Shown here piece by piece: positions 1-6,760 of a DNA stretch of 16,470 nucleotides (position 1 is the stretch's first letter; the number at the start of each line of letters is the position of its first letter). The notes beneath the pieces were generated by a model that was given only the letters and a program-made list of their open reading frames with translations, had not been told where the DNA came from and made no database searches. Source of the stretch: an uncultured Eubacteriales bacterium (GTDB taxonomy: Bacteria; Bacillota; Clostridia; TANB77; RGIG9151); the NCBI GenBank assembly GCA_964640345.1, contig CAZXFU010000029.1:1-16470 (forward strand), in the 5' to 3' direction. Made by a program: the position numbers and the translations under genes.

Positions 1-858
1 TTCCAAATTCTCATCTAACTGACGTAAATCCGTTGTATATAAAGGCTTACAATCTTTTAAATTAAGCTTATTTTTTACAATCAATTTAAAAATTTCTACC
101 AAATGAGTATCATCTTCACCTAAAAGTACCAATTGAGGAGGTGCATCAAACCCAGAGTCATGCATATTATAGTACTCATAAAATTCAGCATATAACTGCA
201 TTTTCGTAATAAATTTCTCTTCCCACCCCAGCTCGCGTCTTACAGCTTCAAAAACTAAGTCAACAACCTTTCCGTCTTTTTCAAGACTTACCACGCCGCC
301 TGAAACCTTAAATCTAATATTCTGACGTTTTGCCATAAGAACAGGATCAACCACATAATTTTTAAAATACTTTGCTTTCATCATATAAGCAATTATAACT
401 TGGTTACCAGCTAATCTCTTTTTAATAAGATGAACAGGTTTTGTGTTATTTGTAGGCACCCATTCTGTTCTTATTTCTCTAGAATTAAGAAGATACTTCC
501 CTGCCTTGTCCAAGCAAAAGATTCTATAAATTCCATTGCCTTCATCACTTTTAAAATAGTATTTTGCAATAGCTCTAGCCTTTATTAAATTTTCTAATCT
601 TGCATTAACTTTGTTCTGGTCTTTTATCTCAATTCCCTTCATTTGAAGTAATTGATATATCTGACGTGAGGTAATAAATTCAAATCTGCTTATGAGTTCA
701 AGCATAACAAAATGTAGTTCGTTAACATATCCCATATCTACCATAAAAACAGCCTGATTTACATTTGAATAACCTGTTTTTCCATCATAAACTTTTTCCT
801 CATTTGGACGCATCGCAAAAGGCGATTTTGTCGCTTTAACCTCTTTATCATTAATCAT
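1..858 (-). CDS. Replication-relaxation-like (Replic_Relax/PF13814-like) winged-helix protein; C-terminus cut by window edge
   Basis: Not in the ORF track because it runs off the window. My minus-strand translation is open from ATG 858 to position 1. GGAGG lies 8 nt upstream of ATG 858; an in-frame ATG at 864 is only 2 nt from the SD. Sequence: M(IM)INDKEVKATKSPFAMRPNEEKVYDGKTGYSNVNQAVFMVDMGYVNELHFVMLELISRFEFITSRQIYQLLQMKGIEIKDQNKVNARLENLIKARAIAKYYF...VDLVFEAVRRELGWEEKFITKMQLYAEFYEYYNMHDSGFDAPPQLVLLGEDDTHLVEIF.... The N-terminal wHTH-like segment plus a central 'vEa.Rg...KlqlY..fy' block resembles the replication-relaxation family. Family call is from memory, not searched. Confidence 0.5.
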   Translation of the reverse strand, partial: MINDKEVKATKSPFAMRPNEEKVYDGKTGYSNVNQAVFMVDMGYVNELHFVMLELISRFEFITSRQIYQLLQMKGIEIKDQNKVNARLENLIKARAIAKYYFKSDEGNGIYRIFCLDKAGKYLLNSREIRTEWVPTNNTKPVHLIKKRLAGNQVIIAYMMKAKYFKNYVVDPVLMAKRQNIRFKVSGGVVSLEKDGKVVDLVFEAVRRELGWEEKFITKMQLYAEFYEYYNMHDSGFDAPPQLVLLGEDDTHLVEIFKLIVKNKLNLKDCKPLYTTDLRQLDENLE

Positions 859-874
859 AATCATAACCTCCATT

Positions 875-924
875 ATGTTCCATAAATATGAAACATATAT
901 AAATTATATTTCTATCTAAATCAA
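875..924 (-). promoter_or_regulatory. Candidate sigma-A promoter plus 22-bp imperfect palindrome upstream of the replication-relaxation-like gene
   Basis: Read on the minus strand: TTGATT (919-924), 17-nt spacer, TATATA (896-901). Directly downstream is ATGTTTCATATTTATGGAACAT (875-896), with 9 of 11 palindromic pairs. All of this lies in the 69-bp gap between the S1 gene stop (928) and ATG 858. AT-rich background makes chance matches likely. Confidence 0.25.
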
Positions 925-927
925 AGA

Positions 928-1752
928 CTAACCAACGATAACCAACTTAATTTTTTTCTTTTCGGGAATAATTTTCTTTATAAATACACTAACCCTTTGA
1001 CCATATTCAACCCCAGGTTTATGATCCGCAAGTCCAACCAAATTAGGTCTTAATTCAACGAAAATTCCATTTTTTTCACGTGCTCTTGCTATTCCGATAA
1101 CAGTTGTGCCTTCTCTAAAATCTTTAATGTTATCTTCCCATGTTCCAAGAAGTTCTTTATGCGTAAGAACTATCTTTCCGGTAGTTCTGTCAAAGCTTTT
1201 TACCATAACTTTAATTTTATCCCCGATTTTAAATCTTTCATTAGGATGCATAATTCTTGCAACCGAAATATCTTCAATATGAAGTAACCCGGTAACGCCA
1301 CCGCCAATATCTACAAACGCACCATACTGCTCCATATTTCTAACAATACCACTTAAAACCATTCCTTCTTTTAGGTTTTTATACATCCAATTTTTAACTT
1401 CTATTTCAACGGCTTTTCTGGATAAAATAACCTCTACTTCACCATTTTCTTTCCTATTAATTTCTTTAATTTTAAACTGTACCCTTTTATTAACCTTCGT
1501 AATAGACGCAACCGGACGTGGTAAGCCATCTGCTTCTACCGTAGAACTAACTTCTACTCTAGGTACTATTCCTTTTACTCCGTCTAAATCAACATAAAGA
1601 TTAAAATCCGAATCAGCCATCGTGACCAATCCTTCTAAAGTTTCATTTTTCTCCTTTGCTTCTGTTAAAAAAGCAATTTTCCTCTCTTGTTCTTCGTCTA
1701 TTCCTCCTCCAACTAAATCCCAGCCTTCGGGCATAAACTTTTGTTCGTCCAT
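928..1752 (-). CDS. S1 RNA-binding domain protein (three S1/OB repeats)
   Basis: Three S1-like repeats. The clearest is GMVLSGIVRNMEQYGAFVDIGGGVTGLLHIEDISVARIMHPNERFKIGDKIKVMVKSFDRTTGKIVLTHKE. The others are LEGLVTMADSDFNLYVDLDGVKGIVPRVEV... and GTTVIGIARAREKNGIFVELRPNLVGLADHK.... The track start at 1779 has no SD. The internal ATG at 1752 (MDEQKF...) is preceded by GAGGAGGAAG with about 8 nt spacing, so I place the start there. Confidence 0.85.
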   Translation of the reverse strand: MDEQKFMPEGWDLVGGGIDEEQERKIAFLTEAKEKNETLEGLVTMADSDFNLYVDLDGVKGIVPRVEVSSTVEADGLPRPVASITKVNKRVQFKIKEINRKENGEVEVILSRKAVEIEVKNWMYKNLKEGMVLSGIVRNMEQYGAFVDIGGGVTGLLHIEDISVARIMHPNERFKIGDKIKVMVKSFDRTTGKIVLTHKELLGTWEDNIKDFREGTTVIGIARAREKNGIFVELRPNLVGLADHKPGVEYGQRVSVFIKKIIPEKKKIKLVIVG

Positions 1753-1928
1753 TATATCTTCCTCCTCATATTTAAACATCCATTGTTTAAGAAATAGTCT
1801 TTTTTAATAAAAATCCCTATTAGTAATGATTTCTCAATCTACTAAAATAATATCGGCAAAAAAACAAATAAAATTATATTAATTTTTCCCAATAATATTT
1901 TTTCGACCATTATTTAAAATATCCTTCT

Positions 1929-2624
1929 TTATTGTTTTAATCCGCCATTTATTTTTTCAAGTGCCTTTTTTTCAATTCTCGACACATAAGAGCGTGAAAT
2001 TCCTAATTCATTCGCAATTTCTTTTTGAGTTTTCTCTTTTTCTCCATTTAATCCATATCTCATTCTAACAATGTCAAGCTCTCGTTCAGTTAAAATCTCT
2101 TTCATTTTCTCTTTTAACTCCGCAACCTTTATTTTTGTCTCAACAGTCTCGTAAACATCCCCTTCGCCAGATTCAAGTACATCAATCAGCGATATGGAAT
2201 TTCCTTCCTTATCATGTCCAATTGGTTCATCTATAGAAACTTCATTACTCATTTTTTTAGAACTCCTAAGATACATTAAAATCTCATTTTGAACACACTT
2301 TGCAGCATAAGTTGCAAATCTGCTGGCTTTATCCGCATCAAATGTAGTTACAGCCTTTATAAGTCCAATTGCTCCTATCGAAATTAAGTCGTCACTGTCT
2401 CCCCATTGAGTAGAATACTTTTTTACGATATGTACAACAAGACGCATATTTCTTTCAATAAGAATGTTTTTTGCATCTTCGTCACCGGTCTTATACAAAT
2501 CAAAATACATCTTTTCTTCTTTTGCAGACAATGGTTTTGGGAAAGCATTCATCCCACTCCCGAGATAACCTAGGAAAAAGAAAAAATTATCCATTATGTA
2601 GCGAATAGCAACTAAAAAAAGCAT
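1929..2624 (-). CDS. sigK: Sporulation RNA polymerase sigma factor sigma-K (pro-sigma-K), uninterrupted
   Basis: Close resemblance to B. subtilis SigK as I recall it. NAFPKPLSAKEEKMYFDLYKTGDEDAKNILIERNMRLVVHIVKKY compares with [46 protein letters not shown]. Also DLISIGAIGLIKAV, YAAKCVQNEILMYLR, EPIGHDKEGNSISLIDVL and KTQKEIANELGISRSYVSRIEKKAL. The FP.PL motif (not the LPPPL of SigE) and a hydrophobic N-terminal pro-sequence (MLFLVAIRYIMDNFFFFLGYLGSG) are present. The track start is a TTG at 2639 that overlaps the SD. ATG 2624 sits 6 nt after GGAGGTG and is the likely start. Confidence 0.9.
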   Translation of the reverse strand: MLFLVAIRYIMDNFFFFLGYLGSGMNAFPKPLSAKEEKMYFDLYKTGDEDAKNILIERNMRLVVHIVKKYSTQWGDSDDLISIGAIGLIKAVTTFDADKASRFATYAAKCVQNEILMYLRSSKKMSNEVSIDEPIGHDKEGNSISLIDVLESGEGDVYETVETKIKVAELKEKMKEILTERELDIVRMRYGLNGEKEKTQKEIANELGISRSYVSRIEKKALEKINGGLKQ

Positions 2625-2649
2625 AGCGTACACCTCCAAAAAGAACTTG

Positions 2650-2690
2650 CTACACTACTATATTCAAATTCTTTTTGTTTGTGTACGTCC
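2650..2690 (-). promoter_or_regulatory. Possible mother-cell (sigma-E/sigma-K type) promoter for sigK
   Basis: Minus strand reads ...ACACAAACAAAAAGAATTTGAATATAGTA.... This gives xATAnnnTA (2656-2664) with an AC dinucleotide 16-18 nt upstream (about 2681-2684), loosely matching the sigma-K consensus AC-16/17-CATAnnnTA. The match is weak and purely motif-based. Confidence 0.2.
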
Positions 2691-2773
2691 AACGGATAAA
2701 TTCCTTCTTACCCTTTTCACAATCTTTTATACTACTTCTGCTAATCCACTCTACAAACCGGCTAGGTATTTAT

Positions 2774-3298
2774 CTATTTCAAATATTTGTCGTAAACAAG
2801 TTTACTTCTCTTAATTATCTCTTCAACATTCTCAGCATCTGCATTCTCATTTGCTTTTTCTTCGGCGTAATCAAACTGAATATCAATATTTTTTTCGCCC
2901 TTAAAATAATACCTTATCTCTCCGCCTACAGTATTAGAAACTGTCTTATACAAAGTTAACTTGTCATTTTTATCAAAAATATAAACCTGGTTTTCTAAAA
3001 AATCACTTACAAATTTTATCTCAACCATTTGCTCTCTAACTTCAACTGTAGCTGGCAATCCTTCTTCTCCCGTTTCAAAATATGCCATAAATTCTTCAAC
3101 AAGTTCGCCACCTACATCTATACCAATATTAGCGTCAAATCTCTCGCTTACCTCTTGTGCTTCAACACTTTTCGCAATCTCATTTATTTTCGAAATATTA
3201 CTACTCCTTACCCTATCAGCATCAGTCAAATAAGCAATGCCTATACCAATAATTAACAACACAATGCCAACCAATATCCAGCCAATAATTTTACGCAT
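2774..3298 (-). CDS. Hypothetical membrane-anchored protein (single N-terminal TM, acidic extracytoplasmic domain)
   Basis: 174-aa ORF with GGGAGGG 5 nt upstream of the ATG. N-terminal MRKIIGWILVGIVLLIIGIGIAYL is a signal anchor. I recognise no family. Confidence 0.7.
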   Translation of the reverse strand: MRKIIGWILVGIVLLIIGIGIAYLTDADRVRSSNISKINEIAKSVEAQEVSERFDANIGIDVGGELVEEFMAYFETGEEGLPATVEVREQMVEIKFVSDFLENQVYIFDKNDKLTLYKTVSNTVGGEIRYYFKGEKNIDIQFDYAEEKANENADAENVEEIIKRSKLVYDKYLK

Positions 3299-3357
3299 AC
3301 AATCCCTCCCATGTAATTTATAGTATTCACTTAATATAATTGTGAACCGTCTATAAA

Positions 3358-3386
3358 ATCATATCACACAGAATAACATATTTCAA
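3358..3386 (-). promoter_or_regulatory. Candidate sigma-A promoter for the 174-aa gene
   Basis: Minus strand: TTGAAA (3381-3386), 17 nt, TATGAT (3358-3363), preceded by TGTGA. Located in the 89-bp gap, about 60 nt upstream of ATG 3298. Confidence 0.3.
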
Positions 3387-3387
3387 A

Positions 3388-3840
3388 TTACTGAGTAATA
3401 ACTTCAGCCCCTCTCTCGGTCTTAACTGCAACGGAATCTGCCTTTATAGTCAAATATTTCATCCCATCCTCATCATACTGTTCAAGAGTGCCTATAACTT
3501 CAATCCAATCATTTTCACTAGGATATTCGCCGTCAGTATAAAATTCAAAACCACACATACTCCCATCATTTCCACAGCACCCAGGGCCACTCCTGTAAAC
3601 ATATCGATAAATCATTTTAGTCGGCTCAACATATTCCTCAGTATACATTCCTTCAATCTTAATCCGCTTTCCTAAATACGCTGAAGGATTGGTATAAATT
3701 TCATTGATATATGTCAGATACATTTTCTCTGTAATATCTAAATCAACAGAATTACCCCCACTTGTAGTAGCTACTTTGTTTGAGCAACCTGCAAATATTA
3801 TCATGCTTAAAAAAATAATGCTAAAAAGTCTCAACCTCAT
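3388..3840 (-). CDS. Lipoprotein with CCxxD motif (resembles the C-terminal domain of DUF1980/TIGR03943-type proteins), linked to the metal ABC transporter
   Basis: Lipobox MRLRLFSIIFLSMIIFAG-C. The ATG overlaps the permease stop (ATGA, 3837-3840). Motif block GKRIKIEGMYTEEYVEPTKMIYRYVYRSGPGCCGNDGSMCGFEFYTDGEYPSENDWIEVIGTL. The domain resemblance is from memory. Confidence 0.7.
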   Translation of the reverse strand: MRLRLFSIIFLSMIIFAGCSNKVATTSGGNSVDLDITEKMYLTYINEIYTNPSAYLGKRIKIEGMYTEEYVEPTKMIYRYVYRSGPGCCGNDGSMCGFEFYTDGEYPSENDWIEVIGTLEQYDEDGMKYLTIKADSVAVKTERGAEVITQ

Positions 3841-4706
3841 TCTCTATCCCCCTTACCTCTTTTAAAAATACCTTTACCAATAAGCACTCCCAAAAATGCA
3901 AAAATTACAAAGGTAATAACTTGAACAGAAACAACTGTAGCTCCTGTCTGAAAAGACTGCTTACATGCCACAAAAAATCCAATAATAAATGTCAAAACAG
4001 AAATAATCGCTGAAGTAACAACCACGCTCCAAAAACTCTTGCAAATTCTCATCGCTGACAATGCCGGAAAAACTACAAGTGCTGAAATCATTATAGCCCC
4101 CATCATTCTCATTCCGACTACCACAGTAATTGCTGTCAAAACAGCCAATAAAACATTATATACACTTACCTTTATGCCTGTAGCTCGTGAAAAATTCTCA
4201 TCAAATGTAATTGCAAAAAGTTTATGGTATGACAATGCAAATAGAACAATTGTAGCAATCGACAAAATTATACTCAAAATTAAATCTTTATCTGTAAGAG
4301 TGATAATAGACGCCGACCCAAACAAACTATTACAAATATCTGTATTTCTAGTGTCTGAAAAATTATATACTAGACTACCAAGAGCAATAGAGCCTGTAGA
4401 TACTAAAGCTAAAGCAGAATCTCCCTTTAGTTTACTATTTTCAGTCAAACGCAATAAAAAGAACGCAGTAATAATTACAACCGGTACTCCTATTTCTAAA
4501 GAATACTCCTTAAGTCCCAAAACCGTTGCAATAGCTAGTGTGCAAAATCCCACATGTGAAAGTCCGTCGCCAATCATAGAAAACCTTTTTAGTACCAAAC
4601 TGACCCCCAAAAGTGATGCACAAAGCGAGACAAGAATTCCTACAACAAGTGCCTTCACAACAATTTTAAATAAAAGCGGATTTGAAAAAATTTCACTAAT
4701 CGTCAT
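3837..4706 (-). CDS. znuB: Metal (Zn/Mn-type, ABC-3 family) ABC transporter permease
   Basis: Polytopic hydrophobic protein typical of the ABC-3/ZnuB family (LVLKRFSMIGDGLSHVGF..., GMRMMGAIMISALVVFPA). The track start 4739 overlaps the upstream ATPase gene by 32 nt. ATG 4706 (MTISEIF...) lies 1 nt after the ATPase stop with AAGGGGTG upstream, so I prefer it. Confidence 0.85.
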   Translation of the reverse strand: MTISEIFSNPLLFKIVVKALVVGILVSLCASLLGVSLVLKRFSMIGDGLSHVGFCTLAIATVLGLKEYSLEIGVPVVIITAFFLLRLTENSKLKGDSALALVSTGSIALGSLVYNFSDTRNTDICNSLFGSASIITLTDKDLILSIILSIATIVLFALSYHKLFAITFDENFSRATGIKVSVYNVLLAVLTAITVVVGMRMMGAIMISALVVFPALSAMRICKSFWSVVVTSAIISVLTFIIGFFVACKQSFQTGATVVSVQVITFVIFAFLGVLIGKGIFKRGKGDRE

Positions 4707-4707
4707 A

Positions 4708-5412
4708 CTATTCACCCCTTCCCAAAAAAGCCTTTGCAAATTTTGTTTTCATATAATCATTCCTAGTTCCATAAAACAACGGCTTATGGTATAAATGCAG
4801 AATATGACTTGCATCTTTTGTAATCATAGATACATCATGCGAAATCATAATTATCGTTATTCCGTACTTTTTATTTAATTTACTTATTAACTCATAAAGT
4901 TCTGCAGTGACAAGAGGGTCAAGACCTGCTACAGGTTCATCCAAAAGTAGTACTTTTTTTGTAGCACACAAAGCTCTTGCAAGCAACACACGTTGCTGTT
5001 GCCCGCCGGATAAATCGTGGTAGCATTTATTTTGCACATCGGTAAGTCCTAAAAGTCTCATATTGCGTTTAGCAATAACTTTATCTTCTCGCGAATAAAA
5101 TGGCTTAAATTTTGAACTATTTAATGTGCCTGATAACACAACTTCTTTAATAGAAGCAGGAAAATCCTTCTGTACAAGCGTTTGCTGTGGAATATATCCT
5201 ATCTCAGTCTGCTTTAATCCATCATTAAATTCAATACTACCCTCTTCTGGTTTTAGCAATCCTAAAATTGCTTTCATAAGCGTAGACTTCCCTGAGCCAT
5301 TTTCACCGATAATACACAGATAATCTCCTTCATTTACCTCAAAAGAAATGTCCTTTGCAACTAACCTACCATCATATGAAAGCCTTAAATTTCTACATGT
5401 TATTAGTGACAT
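4708..5412 (-). CDS. znuC: Metal ABC transporter ATP-binding protein
   Basis: Walker A GENGSGKST, ABC signature LSGGQQQRVLLARAL, Walker B LLLDEP, H-loop ISHD. Sits between the binding protein and the permease, as in B. subtilis znuA-znuC-znuB. Confidence 0.9.
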   Translation of the reverse strand: MSLITCRNLRLSYDGRLVAKDISFEVNEGDYLCIIGENGSGKSTLMKAILGLLKPEEGSIEFNDGLKQTEIGYIPQQTLVQKDFPASIKEVVLSGTLNSSKFKPFYSREDKVIAKRNMRLLGLTDVQNKCYHDLSGGQQQRVLLARALCATKKVLLLDEPVAGLDPLVTAELYELISKLNKKYGITIIMISHDVSMITKDASHILHLYHKPLFYGTRNDYMKTKFAKAFLGRGE

Positions 5413-5413
5413 A

Positions 5414-6376
5414 TTACTTAAGTACCTCCCTTAAAACATCTACATTTCTTTCCATTAGTTCTAAGTACGTAACACCATTGTTAAAATCTTCTTTAGACAC
5501 ATTATGACAAGAATGAAGTTCGGCTTTAGTGGAGCCTGTCATATTACATATAGCATCTGCCACGTTTCCGTTAGAAAATTCAGTGTATAAAACCTTTGAG
5601 ATTTTTTCGTCTTTTACCTTCTGTGCTAAGAAATTAATTGTAGCAAGGCTTGGCTCCGAATTAGAAGAACAGCCTTTAAATGCCGCATAATACTTTAAAC
5701 CGTATTGCTCAGTCAAATATCTAAAAGGAAATCTCTCGGCGAATACCAAAGTCTTAACCCTAGCGTTTTCTACAACTTCCAAAAAATCACTATCTAATTT
5801 TTCTAATTTTTTCACATATTCGCTCGCATTACTTTTGTAATATTCTGAATTCTCAACATCCAATTCACATAAAGTATCACATATCTTATTAACAATTTTT
5901 ATAGCATTTACCGGCGAAGTCCAAACATGCTCATCTACCTCATTTTCATCCTCTTCATGTTCGTTTTCGTCTTCTTCCATTCCTTCTACTTCTTCCTCTT
6001 TAAGGGTGCTAACCGCATCAATAAGCGAAATTGTTTTTAATGAAGAAGAATTAACAGTCGATAAAACATCATTAACCCATTCATCACTTTCCCCGCCAAC
6101 ATATATAAATAAGTCGCTTTTTTCAATATCACTTATATCCTGTAAAGTTGGTTCAAATCCATGTGATTCAACACCGGGAGACAAAAGCATCCTTAACTCA
6201 ACTTTATCTCCGGCTACAGCCCTGACAAAATCATATTGCGGAAAAATGGTTGCAATTACCTTTAACTTGTCCGACTCTAAATTACCGGATATTTCTTTTG
6301 TTCCACATCCGGTACTACAAAGAATTAAAAAGCACGCAAAAAAGAATACCAAAAAGGTATTAAAATTTTTTCTCAT
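5414..6376 (-). CDS. znuA: Metal ABC transporter substrate-binding lipoprotein (cluster A-I, ZnuA/AdcA-like) with acidic/His loop
   Basis: Lipobox LILCSTG-C. Candidate metal-ligand contexts ESHGFEP and DEHVWTSP. Acidic loop EEEVEGMEEDENEHEEDENEVDEH. The track start 6403 lacks an SD. ATG 6376 (MRKNF...) is 9 nt after AGGAG. Zn versus Mn specificity is not provable from sequence alone. Confidence 0.85.
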   Translation of the reverse strand: MRKNFNTFLVFFFACFLILCSTGCGTKEISGNLESDKLKVIATIFPQYDFVRAVAGDKVELRMLLSPGVESHGFEPTLQDISDIEKSDLFIYVGGESDEWVNDVLSTVNSSSLKTISLIDAVSTLKEEEVEGMEEDENEHEEDENEVDEHVWTSPVNAIKIVNKICDTLCELDVENSEYYKSNASEYVKKLEKLDSDFLEVVENARVKTLVFAERFPFRYLTEQYGLKYYAAFKGCSSNSEPSLATINFLAQKVKDEKISKVLYTEFSNGNVADAICNMTGSTKAELHSCHNVSKEDFNNGVTYLELMERNVDVLREVLK

Positions 6377-6406
6377 ATTAAGCATCTCCTTTGAAATTGA
6401 CAAATA

Positions 6407-6435
6407 ATCATAGAAGAAGCCTGTTTAATCATTAA
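6407..6435 (-). promoter_or_regulatory. Candidate internal promoter with 11-bp palindrome (Zur-box-core-like) upstream of znuA
   Basis: Minus strand: TTAATG (6430-6435), 17 nt, TATGAT (6407-6412). The palindrome TTAATGATTAA (6425-6435) overlaps the -35 and contains TAATnATTA, the core of the Firmicute Zur box as I recall it. It is short and AT-only, so chance is plausible. Confidence 0.25.
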
Positions 6436-6709
6436 TTCTAACTTTCAACTCAACCGGTAACAATTTAAAACTTCTATATCTAGTATTCTCACAATAATTT
6501 CTAATAACTTCGATTATTAACTTAAACATTAAAGCAATCAGCACCACACAGCTAAAATTCTGTACTAGATTGTATAATGTACATATAATACATCCATTAT
6601 GAACGCAGCAATGATTAAAAAATTCAAAAGAAACAGAACTTAAGGAAAATGACAATGCAAAAATAATAATTATCATCAAAACAACCAACATTCTTTTTAA
6701 CATTTTCAT
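6425..6709 (-). CDS. Small Cys-rich membrane protein, hypothetical
   Basis: 94 aa from ATG 6709 (MKMLKRMLVVLMIIIIFALSF...), preceded by AGGAGTGTGAGGAAA. Two hydrophobic segments flank FNHCCVHNGCIICTLYN, with further Cys in NFSCVV and NYCEN. Sits directly upstream of znuA. Coding status is not certain. Confidence 0.5.
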   Translation of the reverse strand: MKMLKRMLVVLMIIIIFALSFSLSSVSFEFFNHCCVHNGCIICTLYNLVQNFSCVVLIALMFKLIIEVIRNYCENTRYRSFKLLPVELKVRIND

Positions 6710-6730
6710 TTTCCTCACACTCCTTTTTAA

Positions 6731-6760
6731 AAATGATATCATTTAAAGAATAAAATTCAA
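6731..6760 (-). promoter_or_regulatory. Candidate promoter with perfect 14-bp palindrome (Fur-family-like operator) heading the metal-uptake genes
   Basis: AAATGATATCATTT (6731-6744) is a perfect palindrome. On the minus strand, TTGAAT (6755-6760), 16 nt, TATCAT (6733-6738), so the palindrome covers the -10. The half-site AATGAT/ATCATT is the core of classical Fur-type boxes. It lies in the gap between the STAS stop (6789) and ATG 6709. Confidence 0.35.

Noticed and set aside
1780-1928. Intrinsic terminator after sigK, or a promoter for the S1 gene, in the 149-bp (or 176-bp) gap
   Set aside because: Only weak AT-only inverted repeats are present (for example AATAAT...ATTATT). There is no GC-rich stem with a U-tract and no -35/-10 pair at proper spacing that I could defend, so it is left unannotated.
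1929-2639. Possibility that sigK is interrupted by a skin-like element or is a pseudogene
   Set aside because: The ORF is continuous from the pro-sequence through region 4.2 (…ISRSYVSRIEKKAL…). All conserved sigma-70 regions are in order, with no frameshift or stop. Only the annotated TTG start looked over-extended.
4039-4794. 251-aa plus-strand ORF, along with other plus-strand track ORFs: 1622-1807, 2675-2959, 3029-3256, 5126-5323, 6006-6407, 6811-7125, 7242-7766, 7946-8158, 8330-8551, 8814-9008, 11188-11448, 12271-12465, 12709-12891, 13034-13225, 13671-13913, 14572-14928, 15410-15613
   Set aside because: All lie antisense to well-supported minus-strand genes with recognisable motifs. Their translations are low-complexity (Ser/Ile/Lys/Phe-rich), with no family motifs and no convincing SD. 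These are typical shadow ORFs in AT-rich DNA.
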